Source: Thermoanaerobaculia bacterium (GTDB lineage Bacteria > Acidobacteriota > Thermoanaerobaculia > UBA5066). Taken from it: 64,000 bases of DNA. The translations under genes and the position numbers were made by a program. A model generated the notes under the pieces. The model did not search any database. It was not told the origin of the DNA and saw only the letters and a program-made list of their open reading frames with translations. Position 1 is the first letter of the stretch. Each line of letters opens with the position of its first letter. The stretch lies in contig CAWFJJ010000030.1 in NCBI GenBank assembly GCA_963816185.1, positions 514,981-578,980 of the forward strand, read 5' to 3'. Positions 8,392 to 25,233 of the stretch are shown here, in pieces.

Positions 8392-11300
8392 AGACGACAG
8401 CGGCCAAATTCACCGTCGCCCAGCTCGCCAAGATGATGGGCAAGCCTGCGAAGGAAGTCCTCTTTCTTCTGCAGGGCATCGGCGTCGACGTCAAGACCGC
8501 CGAGTCCGTTCTCGATCCTGCGACTGCTCAGGCTCTTCTCATGGGCAAGACGCAGGCGCCCAAATCGCTGATCGTGAGGCAGGCCCCTTCAGCCGCGGCC
8601 GCGGCCGCGGCCGCGAGCGCCTCGGCGGCCAAAGCACGGACCGAGCGCGCGGCGTTGAAGCGCATCAAGATCGTCGAGCGTTCCCTCGACGCCGAAGAGG
8701 GCGAGGCGGGCGAACCAACGGCGACTCTCGAGCCGGAAGTGCCCGCGCTCTCGACCGCGGCCGAGGAGCCGCCCGCTCCGCCGAAGGTCGAAGCCGCGGC
8801 GCCCCCCGCATCCGCATCCGAAGTTCCCGTCGAGCCTGCGCCGCCCGCACCCGCAAGTCCTCCTCCGGCCGCGCCTCCCGTCGCGTTCATTCCCTTCACC
8901 CCGCCTCCTCAGGCTGCGGCGGCCGCCGCTCGCCCGCGCCCCGCCGAGACGCCGGCCCTGGCCCCCCGGCGCCCGATTGCAGCTCCGCCTGCCCGCGTCA
9001 GCCCTCCGCCCGTCGCGTCGAAGACCCCGCCGCCGCCCCCGGCTCCCACGCCTCCTGCGGGAGCTCTCGGCCGCATCCTGAAGCGGGCGGGCGATCTTCC
9101 GCCGGGTCCCTCAGCCGCTCCCGTCCCGGCCGCGCCCGCTCCGCGTCCCGAGGCGATGATGTCCCACGGCGCGAGCGCCGGTCCTCATTCACCGGGCGTC
9201 ACGCACGTCCGGGCCGCTTCCCCTCCCACGCAGGCCGGCGCGACGGCCGCTCTGCCGCTCCGCGGCGCGGGAGGTCTCGGCCGCGCAGTCATTGCACCTC
9301 CGAGCGCCGCCACCCTCCGGCCGTACCGCGCCGCCCAGCCGGCCATCGGCACGAGTTTCCCGCGTCCCGGCATGCCGCCGCGCCCCGGCATGCCGCCCAG
9401 GCCCGGATTCGCGCCGCGCCCCGGCTTCTCCCCGCGCCCCGGCGGCCCTTCGGGCCCCGGATTTGGACCGCGTCCCCCCTTCGGCCGGCCGCCGCTCGGG
9501 GGCGTCGCCCCCCCTGTGCTGCCCGATACGGCCGAGCGCAGGAAGAAGGACGCGACGAAGCCGGGCCTCGGCGTCAAGAAGGGCGACGCGAAGAAGACGG
9601 AGTCGAAGAAGCCGCGCACGAAGGAGGTCTCGGCGCTCGAAGAGGACGTGCGCGAGTACCTCGGCACGTACAAGCAGGATACGTACGAGGACATTCCGAC
9701 GCCCTCGGCTGAAGGGACGGACGAGGCGCTCGCCGCCAAGCCGCTCTCCAAGTCCGCGCAGCGCCGCGCCGGCAAGAAGACGATGGCGACGGAGACCGGC
9801 GAGGTCGTCGAGGTCAAGAAGAAGGCAGAGGGGCCCGTCTTCCTGTCGGAAGGCGTCACGATCAAGGAGCTCTCCGAGAAGCTCGGGGTCCTGGCGAAAG
9901 ACCTCATGAAGGCGTTCCTGTCGCGCGGCGTCTTCGCGACGATCAACCAGCCGCTCGACCCCAAAGTGGCCGTGGAGATCGCACGGGAGTTCGGCGTCGA
10001 GGCGGCCGTCGTCTCCTTCGAGGAGGAGCTCGAGCTCTCGCGCCAGCAGACCGCGAACGACCAGGCGGCGGCGACCGCTCTCGCGCCGGAGGCCGGCCTC
10101 GGCGTCCCCTCGGGAGAGCGCGTACCCCGCGCGCCCGTCGTGACCGTCATGGGACACGTCGACCACGGCAAGACGTCGCTCCTCGACGCGATCCGTAAGG
10201 AGCACGTCGCCGAGGGCGAGGCCGGCGGCATCACGCAGCACATCGGCGCTTACCGAGTCGTCGCGAAGGGCAAGCCCATCGTCTTCCTCGATACGCCGGG
10301 CCACGAGGCGTTCACCCTGATGCGCTCGCGCGGCGCGAAGGCCACGGACATCGTCGTCCTCGTGGTCGCAGCCGACGACGGCGTCATGCCGCAGACGCAG
10401 GAGGCGATCGACCACGCGCGCGCCGCGAAAGTCCCGATCGTCGTGGCCATCAACAAGATCGACAAGCCCGACGCGAACCCGCAGCGTGTCAAGCAGGAGC
10501 TCGCCGAGAAGGGCGTCCTCGTCGAGGAATTCGGAGGCGACGTCGTCGCCTGCGAGATCTCCGCGAAGAAGAAGATCGGAATCGACCAGCTCCTCGAGAT
10601 GATCCTGCTCCAGGCCGACCTCCTCGAGCTGAAGGCCGTGGCGACGGGGCCCGCCCGCGGCGTCGTGCTGGAGGCGCGCCGCGAGGCGGGCAAGGGCACG
10701 CTCGCGACGGTGCTCGTGCAGCAGGGCACGCTTCACGTCGGCGACGTCTTCTTCGCCGGCACGGCCGTGGGTCGCGTCCGCGCGATGCTCGACGACCACG
10801 CCGCGCGCGTCACCGAGGCGCCTCCCGCGACGCCGGTCGAGGTCATGGGCTTCGAGGACATCCCGAACGCCGGCGACACGCTCCAGGTCGTCGAGGACGA
10901 AGGCAAGGCGCGCCAGGTCTCGCAGTTCCGCTCGCTCAAGGAGCGCGAGGAATCGCTCACGAAGTCCTCGCGCATGTCGCTCGACTCGCTCTTCAACCGG
11001 ATGAAGGAAGGCGAGATGAAGGATCTCGCCCTCATCGTGAAAGCCGACGTGCACGGCTCCGAGGAGGTCCTCGTCCAGACGCTCGGCAAGCTCTCCACCG
11101 AGAAGGTCAAGGTCAGCGTTCTGCACTCCGGAGTCGGGGCCATCTCGGTGAACGACGTCCTCCTCGCGTCGGCGTCCGACGCCATCGTCATCGGTTTCAA
11201 CGTCAAGCCCGAGAAGAAGGCGCAGGAGCTCGCCGACCACGAGGGCATCGACATTCGCCTCTACTCCGTCATCTACACGCTCACGGACGAGATCAAGAAA

Positions 11301-11633
11301 GCCATGACGGGCCTTCTCGACACGGTCAAGAAGGAAGTCACGCGCGGGCACGCCGAGGTGCGCGAGACGTTCAAGGTGCCGAAGATCGGGACGATCGGCG
11401 GATGCATGGTCACGGACGGCGTCATCCCGCGCTCGGCTTCCGTGCGCCTCATCCGCGACAGCCGCGTCATCTACGAGGGCAAGGTCGGCTCTCTTCGCCG
11501 CTTCAAGGACGACGCGTCCGAGGTGAAGCAGGGCTTCGAGTGCGGCATCGGCATCGCGGGCTATCAGGACGTGAAGGTCGGAGACGTCATCGAGGCATTC
11601 GTCGTCGAGGAGCTCGCGGGATCGCTGACCTGA
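8388..11633 (+). CDS. infB: Translation initiation factor IF-2
   Basis: TTG start overlaps the nusA stop; GHVDHGKT, DTPGHEAF, NKID and GFECGI motifs. Confidence 0.97.
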   Translation: MKTTAAKFTVAQLAKMMGKPAKEVLFLLQGIGVDVKTAESVLDPATAQALLMGKTQAPKSLIVRQAPSAAAAAAAASASAAKARTERAALKRIKIVERSLDAEEGEAGEPTATLEPEVPALSTAAEEPPAPPKVEAAAPPASASEVPVEPAPPAPASPPPAAPPVAFIPFTPPPQAAAAAARPRPAETPALAPRRPIAAPPARVSPPPVASKTPPPPPAPTPPAGALGRILKRAGDLPPGPSAAPVPAAPAPRPEAMMSHGASAGPHSPGVTHVRAASPPTQAGATAALPLRGAGGLGRAVIAPPSAATLRPYRAAQPAIGTSFPRPGMPPRPGMPPRPGFAPRPGFSPRPGGPSGPGFGPRPPFGRPPLGGVAPPVLPDTAERRKKDATKPGLGVKKGDAKKTESKKPRTKEVSALEEDVREYLGTYKQDTYEDIPTPSAEGTDEALAAKPLSKSAQRRAGKKTMATETGEVVEVKKKAEGPVFLSEGVTIKELSEKLGVLAKDLMKAFLSRGVFATINQPLDPKVAVEIAREFGVEAAVVSFEEELELSRQQTANDQAAATALAPEAGLGVPSGERVPRAPVVTVMGHVDHGKTSLLDAIRKEHVAEGEAGGITQHIGAYRVVAKGKPIVFLDTPGHEAFTLMRSRGAKATDIVVLVVAADDGVMPQTQEAIDHARAAKVPIVVAINKIDKPDANPQRVKQELAEKGVLVEEFGGDVVACEISAKKKIGIDQLLEMILLQADLLELKAVATGPARGVVLEARREAGKGTLATVLVQQGTLHVGDVFFAGTAVGRVRAMLDDHAARVTEAPPATPVEVMGFEDIPNAGDTLQVVEDEGKARQVSQFRSLKEREESLTKSSRMSLDSLFNRMKEGEMKDLALIVKADVHGSEEVLVQTLGKLSTEKVKVSVLHSGVGAISVNDVLLASASDAIVIGFNVKPEKKAQELADHEGIDIRLYSVIYTLTDEIKKAMTGLLDTVKKEVTRGHAEVRETFKVPKIGTIGGCMVTDGVIPRSASVRLIRDSRVIYEGKVGSLRRFKDDASEVKQGFECGIGIAGYQDVKVGDVIEAFVVEELAGSLT
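9361..9440 (+). repeat. Coding 18-bp tandem repeats (PRPGMP/PRPGFA) in the IF-2 low-complexity region
   Basis: Translates as RPGMPPRPGMPPRPGFAPRPGFSPRPG. Confidence 0.7.
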
Positions 11634-11640
11634 GGCGTTC

Positions 11641-11973
11641 GTGGTCGTTGCTCTCACGGTTTTCGAATTTCATCTTCCCGGGTGCCGGGGCCTCAAGGAG
11701 AAGCGCTCGTTCCTGAGGCCGCTGAAGACCCGGCTCCGCGGAGACTTCGAGATCTCGGCCGCCGAAGTCGCGCATCAGGATCTCCTTCAACGCGCGACCC
11801 TCGGAATCGCAGCAGTGGGACCCGATCCGGAGGCTCTGGAGCCGCTGCTGCAGAGGATCCGCCGTTTCATCGAAGGCTATGCGGAGGAGAACGGAGCCGA
11901 GATCGCGAGCGAGCGGCACGAGCTCGTGGGGTTCGGGGATGTCGGCGCGCCGGGCAGCTCCTTCGGGACTTGA
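11641..11973 (+). CDS. DUF503 (YlxP-like) protein
   Basis: LPGCRGLKEKRS and SAAEVAHQDL; usual position between infB and rbfA. Confidence 0.9.
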   Translation: MVVALTVFEFHLPGCRGLKEKRSFLRPLKTRLRGDFEISAAEVAHQDLLQRATLGIAAVGPDPEALEPLLQRIRRFIEGYAEENGAEIASERHELVGFGDVGAPGSSFGT

Positions 11974-11999
11974 ACGATCCGCTGAAAGCAGGTGACGAC

Positions 12000-12392
12000 A
12001 TGGCGACACAGAGACGCTCCGCGGGGGCCACGGGCAGGCGCCCGAAGCAGGTCGGAGACGTCGTGCGGGCGGAACTGGCGCGCCTCTTGAGAGAGGACCT
12101 GCGCGATCCGGCGATCGGCTTCGCGACGATCACGGACGTCGTCATGGCCGACGACCTGCGCTCGGCGCGCGTCTTCGTGTCGGTTTTCGGCCCGAAGGAG
12201 CAATTCAAGAAGACCGTCGACGCCCTGAACCACGCGCGGGGACACCTGCGCTCTCTCGTGGGAAAGAACTGCAGCCTGCGTTACGCGCCGGAGCTGACGT
12301 TCGCCGAGGACCACACGCTCGAGCGCGGCGCCCGCGTCGAGGAGCTCCTGCGCTCGATTCCGAAGCTGCCGGGCGAGCCGGACGCCTCATGA
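12000..12392 (+). CDS. rbfA: Ribosome-binding factor A
   Basis: LRDPAIGFATITDV…DLRSARVFVS and LRYAPELTF. Confidence 0.95.
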   Translation: MATQRRSAGATGRRPKQVGDVVRAELARLLREDLRDPAIGFATITDVVMADDLRSARVFVSVFGPKEQFKKTVDALNHARGHLRSLVGKNCSLRYAPELTFAEDHTLERGARVEELLRSIPKLPGEPDAS

Positions 12393-13414
12393 CGCCGCGC
12401 GACGCCGAGATCGACGCCGCCTACGAAGACATCGCGAGGCTGCTCGCGACGGGGAAGCGGTTCCTCCTCACGGGCCACCGCAACCCGGACGGCGACGCCC
12501 TCGGCTCGGCGCTCGGTCTCGCGCTCGCGCTCGAGGCGCAGGGCAAGGAAGCACGCGTCGTGATGCGCGATGCGTGGCCTTCCGCCTACGCGAAGATGCC
12601 CGGGATCTTCCGCGTTCTCGTGGCGGACTCGTTGCCCGACGACTGGCCCTCGGGCTGGGACGCGCTCTTCACGATGGAGTGCCCCGACGCGGATCGAGCC
12701 GGGTGGCCGAATCTCCTCGCGGGGAAGGTCGTGAACGTCGATCACCATCCCGGCAACACGCGCTACGGCGCGCTGAACCTCGTGGATCTCCCGGCCGCCG
12801 CCGTGGGCGAAATCGTGGTCGACCTCCTCGACCTCCTCGGATGGCCGCTCACCAAAGATATCGCGACGAATCTCTGGGTGTCGCTCGTGACCGACACGGG
12901 CTCGTTCCGCTACTCGAACACGACGTCGAAGGCGCTCGCGCTCGGGGCGCGCCTCGTGGCCGACGGCGCGCAGCCCGGGCCGGTGAACGAGTTCCTCTTC
13001 GAGGCCGCGCCGCTCTCCACTCTGAAGCTCGAGGCGCTCGTCCTCGGGACGCTCGAGCTCCATGCCGGCGGTTCGGTTGCGACGGTCGAGCTGCCCCGCC
13101 GCTTCTTCGACGAGAGCGGCGCGAAGGATTCGGACACGGAGGGGCTCGTGAACCGAGCGCGCGGCATCGAAGGCGTGCGCGCCGCAATGCTCCTTCGGGA
13201 AGGCGAGAGCGGGGAGATCCGCTGCTCGCTGCGGAGCAAGGGCGTCGTGGACATCCGGAGCGTCGCCGCGCGACACGCCGGCGGCGGGCACCGAAACGCC
13301 TCGGGCTGCCGCGTGGCGGGCACGCTCGCGTCGGCGAAGGTGACGCTGGTTCCGGAGGTCGCCGCCGCCGTGGAAGCCGCCGGAGCGGAAGAACCCGTGC
13401 CGGGGCCCGAGTGA
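12389..13414 (+). CDS. nrnA: DHH/DHHA1 phosphoesterase (NrnA-like oligoribonuclease/pAp phosphatase)
   Basis: HRNPDGDALGS, VDHH, TDTGSF, SLRSKG and GGGHRNASG. Confidence 0.9.
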   Translation: MTPRDAEIDAAYEDIARLLATGKRFLLTGHRNPDGDALGSALGLALALEAQGKEARVVMRDAWPSAYAKMPGIFRVLVADSLPDDWPSGWDALFTMECPDADRAGWPNLLAGKVVNVDHHPGNTRYGALNLVDLPAAAVGEIVVDLLDLLGWPLTKDIATNLWVSLVTDTGSFRYSNTTSKALALGARLVADGAQPGPVNEFLFEAAPLSTLKLEALVLGTLELHAGGSVATVELPRRFFDESGAKDSDTEGLVNRARGIEGVRAAMLLREGESGEIRCSLRSKGVVDIRSVAARHAGGGHRNASGCRVAGTLASAKVTLVPEVAAAVEAAGAEEPVPGPE

Positions 13415-14343
13415 CGGGACCTCCGCGCCCCGAGGGCCCGTCCGGCATCCTCCTCGTCGATAAACCCGCGAAGCTCACGTCCCACGACGTCGTGGACGTC
13501 GGGCGCCGGCTGCTCGGGACGCGCCGCATCGGGCACACGGGAACGCTCGATCCCGCCGCGACCGGGCTTCTCGTCTTGTGCGTGGGTCGCGCCGGGCGGC
13601 TCCAGTCGTTCCTCACGGGCTGGGAGAAGACGTACGAGGGCACGATGCGCTTCGGGATCGTGACCGACACGTACGACACCGAGGGGACTCCCGTCGGAGA
13701 GCCGCACCCCGACCCCCGCCCGGAGCGCGCGCGCCTCGAGGAAGTCTGCCGCTCGTTCACGGGGGAGATCCGGCAGTCGCCGCCGCCCTTCTCGGCAAAG
13801 AAGTTCGAGGGCCGGAAGTTCTACGACCTGGCGCGGAAGGGTGAGGCCGTGCCCGATCTCCCCAAGACGGTCACGGTTCACGAGTTCGCGATCCTCGCGC
13901 TCGACGGCGATGTCGCGCGGTTCCGAATCTCGTGCACGTCGGGCACGTACATCCGCTCTCTCGCCCACGACGTCGGAAAAGCGCTCGGCTTCGGCGCCCA
14001 TCTCGCGTCGCTCCGCCGCACCTCGATCGGACCTTTCCGCCTCGAAGACGCGAGCACGCTGCCCGAGCTCGAGGCCCTCGCGCCCGGCGAAAGGCTTTCG
14101 AAGCCGTTCTGGCTCGGGCTTTCGGAAATTCCTCTGCCGTTCCCCGCAGTCCCGCTCGCTCCCGCCGAAGCCGTGAAGGTGAAGAGCGGGCACGGCGTGC
14201 CCGTGCGGGTCCCGCCCGAGGCCGCCGGCGCCCCGATGGTGCGCCTCACGGCCGGCGGAGACCTCCTCGCCCTCGGCATTCTCGAGCCGCTCGGCAGGGG
14301 TGTCCTCGCGCTCGCCCGCCCGAAGATCGTCCTCGGAGAGTGA
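13411..14343 (+). CDS. truB: tRNA pseudouridine(55) synthase
   Basis: VDKPAKLTSHDVV, GHTGTLDPAATG and SGTYIRSLA. Confidence 0.96.
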   Translation: MTGPPRPEGPSGILLVDKPAKLTSHDVVDVGRRLLGTRRIGHTGTLDPAATGLLVLCVGRAGRLQSFLTGWEKTYEGTMRFGIVTDTYDTEGTPVGEPHPDPRPERARLEEVCRSFTGEIRQSPPPFSAKKFEGRKFYDLARKGEAVPDLPKTVTVHEFAILALDGDVARFRISCTSGTYIRSLAHDVGKALGFGAHLASLRRTSIGPFRLEDASTLPELEALAPGERLSKPFWLGLSEIPLPFPAVPLAPAEAVKVKSGHGVPVRVPPEAAGAPMVRLTAGGDLLALGILEPLGRGVLALARPKIVLGE

Positions 14344-14346
14344 CGT

Positions 14347-14375
14347 TTGACGCCCGGAGGGCGTCCCGGTAAACT
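14347..14375 (+). promoter_or_regulatory. Sigma70-type promoter of rpsO-pnp
   Basis: TTGACG, 17-bp spacer, TAAACT. Confidence 0.7.
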
Positions 14376-14417
14376 TCCCCGGCTGAAAAATTAGAGACGT
14401 CTAAGGAAAAAACGAAA

Positions 14418-14687
14418 TTGGCCCAGCTCACCACGAAGAAGGCGGAAACGATCACCAGCTACCGGCGCCACGAGAGCGATACCGGGTCCCCCGAGGTCCA
14501 GGTCGCCCTCCTCTCCAAGCGCATCTCCGAGCTGACCGAGCACTTCAAGGCCCACGCCAAGGACCATCACTCGAGGAGGGGGCTCCTCCAGATGGTCGGC
14601 CGGCGGCGCCGCCTGCTCGATTACGTGAAGAGGCGCGACGCGGAGCGGTACCGGGCCCTGATCGAACGCCTCGGACTGCGCAAGTAG
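14418..14687 (+). CDS. rpsO: 30S ribosomal protein S15
   Basis: [12 protein letters not shown] and [10 protein letters not shown]. Confidence 0.98.
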   Translation: MAQLTTKKAETITSYRRHESDTGSPEVQVALLSKRISELTEHFKAHAKDHHSRRGLLQMVGRRRRLLDYVKRRDAERYRALIERLGLRK

Positions 14688-14784
14688 TCCTTCTTCCCTC
14701 ACGTTCGGCGGCACCCCCCGGCCCGCATTCCGCGGTCTCGGGGTCTTTTGCCCGCCGGGCAGGGCCACGCGAAAGGAATTGCCC

Positions 14785-17033
<2,249 letters not shown>

Positions 17034-17037
<4 letters not shown>

Positions 17038-18746
17038 TTTTCTTTCTTCCGCACGCGCCGCTCCGGCGGCGCGACCCCTTCGGGGGCGATGCCCGTGTTC
17101 GACCTGTCGCCGGAGTCGAGCCAGTAGCGGGCGGAAGCCACGCCCGCGTCACGATCGTGATCGTCGCCGCCCTCGGCGAGATAACGCTCGATCTCCGCCG
17201 CCCCTGCCTCCGGCGAGACTTTCGCCTCGACGAGCGTCGCGTAGACGAGTGCGTCGGCGAAGCGGTGCCTGCCGGCGGGGATCGTGGACGGCAGGAGCGG
17301 CACGAGAGACAGCGCACCCGCCGTCACGACCAAAAGGCCCGCGGCCCGAAATCTGCGATCCTGCATTTCTTTGAAGATGAAGAGAAGGAAGAAGCCCGCG
17401 CCGAGGGCCAGCGGGCCGGCCATCGCGGCGCGGTAGCGGGATGTGGTCTGGACCAGCAAACAGGCCGCGAGCGGCACGAGAATCGCGACGAGCGCCAGCA
17501 ACCCCTCTTCCTTTCTCAGCACGCGGCGCGACAGCGCCGCGCAAAGGCCGACTCCCCCTATTCCGAGCAGACAGGAAAAGACCGGGAGAATTCTCAGAAT
17601 CGTCAATCGGTCCCGGAAAAAATAGAAACTCGCGTTGTCCGGAATCTCGAACGCATTGAAGAACGTCGCGAGCTTCTTCAGGAAGAGCTTCGGCAGCTCG
17701 AGCGGCGCGCCTCTGTAGCTCTCGAGGACGAGACGCGCGGTGCGCAACGTGGAGCCCCGTGCCTTCTCGAGCATCTCGTCCATCCCCGGCGGCGACATCG
17801 TCGTCGCGTTCGCGCCGCGCGCGTTGCCCCAGACGAGGCCGATGGCCTGCCGCGTGTCGAAGGTCAACGGCGGTACGCCGGCGGAGATGTTGCGGGCGGC
17901 GAGAACGGCGAGCGGGATCGCGAGGCCCAGGGTGCCGAGGAGAAGAACGCCGCCGCGCTTCGCGCCGCCCGGGGATTTCTTAGAAGGTGAATAAAGAGAA
18001 TAAAGGCAATAGAGAGACGCGAGCGCCAAGGGTGCGATCGTCTGCTTCAGCAGGATCGCCAGGCCGCCGAGGAGGCCGAGAAGGAAAGGAGAAGACCTTT
18101 TCCGCGCGATCAGCGGCCAGGCCAGCAGCAGCGTCGAAAGGTGCGCGACGGGTCCGTCGCGCAGCAGGAAACCGTCGTGGAAAACGAGCGGGCCGTAGAG
18201 CCCGTAAAAGACCCCCCCCAGTGTGGCCGCGACCGCGGCGGCGGTGCTGCGCTCCTGCGCCTCGGGCGAAGCTCCGCCGGCGCCGTCCCCCTCCCCTCTT
18301 CCCCTTCTAAGAAATTCTTCTCTCCTCCTCCCTAACTCGAAGACCGCCAGGGCGAGTACCGCGCTTGCGAGACACGCGAGAAGGAGCTGCAGGACTCTCG
18401 CCGGCCAGACGGGCGAACCGAAGGCGAGGCGGAGGACCGCGAGGCCGTACGGATAGAGCGGACCCGAAAAGTACGCGTTCTTCTGATACCAGCCTTCCCA
18501 GTCCTCCGGACTCCCGTAAGCCTCCTGCCACGCGAAGTAGGAACGCCACGCGGGCACGTCGCGCCAGTTGCCCGCGGCGAGGTGTGCAGACCAGTCGACA
18601 TATCCCCATTCGTCCGTCTGTGTCCAGAGATGCCACAGCGAAAGCGGCGTTCTGGAGAGCGACACGAGATATGCCCCCCTCACGACGAAGACCGCGAGAA
18701 AGACCGTGACGAAGACGGCGCGACCGCGTCGGGCTCGTGAAGACAC
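17034..18746 (-). CDS. Multi-pass membrane protein, ArnT/GT39-like glycosyltransferase
   Basis: Many TM segments; N-terminal TDEWGY acidic motif; PLYPY, YGPLVFHDG and SRYR. Start position uncertain. Confidence 0.7.
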
Positions 18747-18890
18747 GCAGGGATTCTAGGAGACTCGTTCGCGGTGCTCGTTCTCACGCCGCCCTCGGCA
18801 CGATCCCATCCGCGGCCGGCGGTTCTGGCGCTATCTGGTAAATTCCCCGCGTTTGCGCCGGGGCGGAGAGAGACTCAAGAACAACACGAG

Positions 18891-19543
18891 ATGTCACAGA
18901 TCTTCAATCGAAGTACGAACGCCATCTCGCGCCTCTCGATCTGGGGCGCGGCGTTCATCCTCGGTGGCGTCGGATGGGCGGCGTCAATCCTGAACCGCTC
19001 CGCCTACAACACGAACCAGGGCGTCACGGTGAAGCAGCCCGTGCCTTTCGGCCACGAGCACCACGTGGCCGGCCTCGGCATCGACTGCCGCTACTGCCAT
19101 TCCTTCGTCGAGAAGAGCGCCTCGGCCGGCATCCCGCCGACGGCGACCTGCATGAACTGCCACAAGATCATCTGGAACGACAGCCCGATGCTCGAGCCCG
19201 TCCGCGAGAGCTTCCGGACCGGAAAGCCGCTGAACTGGAGGAAGGTCTACGACCTGCCCGACTTCGTGTACTTCGACCACAGCATCCACGTGGCGAAGGG
19301 AGTCGGGTGCGTCACGTGCCACGGCCGCATCGACAAGATGCACCTCACCGCACAGTTCCCGTCTCTCCAGATGGAGTGGTGCATCGCCTGCCACCGCAAC
19401 CCGGAGAAATCCCTGCGTCCGAAGGAGAAGATCTTCGACCTGACCTGGACCGCGGCCGACCAGGAGACGCTCGGACGAGAGCTCGCGAAGAAGAACCACC
19501 TCCGATCGACGATCGCGCTCACGAACTGCAGCACGTGCCATCG

Positions 19544-19547
<4 letters not shown>
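18891..19547 (+). CDS. actA: Alternative complex III multiheme cytochrome c subunit ActA
   Basis: Five CxxCH motifs (CRYCH, CMNCH, CVTCH, CIACH, CSTCH); QPVPFGHEHH. Confidence 0.93.
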
Positions 19548-22450
<2,903 letters not shown>

Positions 22451-22455
22451 GGCGA

Positions 22456-23834
<1,379 letters not shown>

Positions 23835-23838
<4 letters not shown>

Positions 23839-24452
23839 GGACCTTTCTCGCGAGGCTCTTCGCCCGCCACGTCAGGCCTGAATTCGGCAAGCCGGGCCCG
23901 CGCCAGGAAGGCGGGGACCTGCCGCCGCACCTTTACGGCGTCATCGCCGAGTTCGCGAAGCCCGAGTCGCTCGTTCACGCGGTTCACGCGGTCCGCCAGG
24001 AGGGGTACCAGGTGATCGAGGCCTATACGCCCTATCCGATCGAGGAGCTGCACGACGCCATCGGCCACGGCCCTTCGCGCGTGCCGCTCCTCGCCCTGAT
24101 CGGCGGGATTCTGGGCGGCCTCTTCGGATTCTTCCTCCAATACTGGACCTCCGCGGTCGATTTCCCGCTGAACATCGGCGGGCGCCCGTACAACAGCTGG
24201 GTCTCCTTCATCCCGATCACGTTCGAGTGCACGATCCTCTTCGCGGGCATCGCGACCGTGCTCGGCATGCTCGTGCTGAACGGCCTGCCGATGCCGTACC
24301 ACCCGGTCTTCTCCGTGCCGCGCTTCCAGCTCGCTTCGCGCGACCGGTACTTCCTGATGATCCTCGCGCGCGACCCTCGCTTCCGTGCCGGCGACACGTT
24401 CCGCTTCATGGAGACGCTCGGCGCGAGCCACGTCTCGGACGTGGAGGACTGA
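23835..24452 (+). CDS. actD: ACIII ActD (DUF3341)
   Basis: AYTPYPI, NIGGRP and FIPITFE motifs; operon position. Confidence 0.9.
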
Positions 24453-25174
24453 TGCGCCGGGATCTCTTCCAGGCCGGCGTGCCCTTTCTCGTGCTCCTCG
24501 TCGGCGGCTGCCGGAACGACATGCATCACCAGGCCAAGATCAAGCCGTTCCGCGAAAGCACGTTCTTTGCGGACGGCACCTCGGCCCGCCCATTGCCGGA
24601 GGGCACCGTCGCACGCGGCTTTCTCCGCGCCGACGCCGCGCTCTGGCGCGGCCAGGGGCCGGACGGCAAGTTCGTCGAGCAGATCCCCGTGCCCCTCACA
24701 CGCGAGCTCCTTCTGCGCGGCCAGGAGCGCTTCAACATCTTTTGCTCGCCGTGCCACGGCCGGACGGGCGAGGGTCAGGGCATGATCGTGCAGCGCGGCT
24801 TCAAGCGCCCGAATTCCTTCCACGTCGACCGCCTGCGAGCCGAGCGCGCGGGCTACTTCTTCGACGTCATCACGAACGGCTTCGGCCAGATGTCGAGCTA
24901 CGCCGTGCAGGTGACGCCCGAGGACCGCTGGGCGATCGTCGCGTGGATCCGAACCCTCCAGGCCTCCCAGCACATGCCCGGGAGATTTCTTAGAAAGGGG
25001 ACCGAGAAGAATTGGACCGTGTTCCCGAATGAGCGATGTCAAGGGTCAAAGACCGCAGCGCGGCGCGCAAAGCGCGCGCTCTCGGGGGCTTACTTCGGGA
25101 GCCCCCGGACCCCCGTGTCGCCGCATATCAGAAGAACTCTCTTCCCCGGGTGCACATCCAGTTCCCGCAGCTGA
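24452..25174 (+). CDS. actE: ACIII ActE monoheme cytochrome c lipoprotein (aberrant C-terminal tail, possible frameshift near 24995)
   Basis: Lipobox VGGC; DMHHQAK; CSPCHG; WAIVAWIRTLQ. The tail after ~24990 looks non-homologous. Confidence 0.85.
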   Translation: MRRDLFQAGVPFLVLLVGGCRNDMHHQAKIKPFRESTFFADGTSARPLPEGTVARGFLRADAALWRGQGPDGKFVEQIPVPLTRELLLRGQERFNIFCSPCHGRTGEGQGMIVQRGFKRPNSFHVDRLRAERAGYFFDVITNGFGQMSSYAVQVTPEDRWAIVAWIRTLQASQHMPGRFLRKGTEKNWTVFPNERCQGSKTAARRAKRALSGAYFGSPRTPVSPHIRRTLFPGCTSSSRS

Positions 25175-25207
25175 CATTGCCTCGCCCTCTTAACTTCTAA
25201 GAAATCT
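24983..25207. repeat. 225-bp segment bounded by a 13-bp perfect inverted repeat (AGATTTCTTAGAA / TTCTAAGAAATCT)
   Basis: IR at 24983-24995 and 25195-25207; internal GC-rich hairpins. Confidence 0.7.
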
Positions 25208-25233
25208 TCCTCTTCGTCTTCTTCCGAAACAAA

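Noticed and set aside
8700-9520. Long Pro/Ala-rich and RPG-repeat region in IF-2
   Set aside because: Low-complexity N-terminal extensions are common in IF-2 of high-GC bacteria.
9189-11657. Very long alternative-frame or antisense ORFs (e.g. 9189-11657, 19651-22440, 25090-27552, 42856-45486)
   Set aside because: These are shadows of real genes in high-GC DNA. They are Arg/Ala/Pro-rich, lack motifs, and fully overlap well-supported CDSs.
14700-14775. RNase III-type stem-loop between rpsO and pnp
   Set aside because: GC-rich pairing is possible, but I could not define a convincing unique structure by eye.
25029-25193. Small ORF (MSDVKGQRPQ…) between actE and actF
   Set aside because: About 54 codons with no motif and atypical codons, lying within the IR-bounded segment. 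There is no support for it as a gene.
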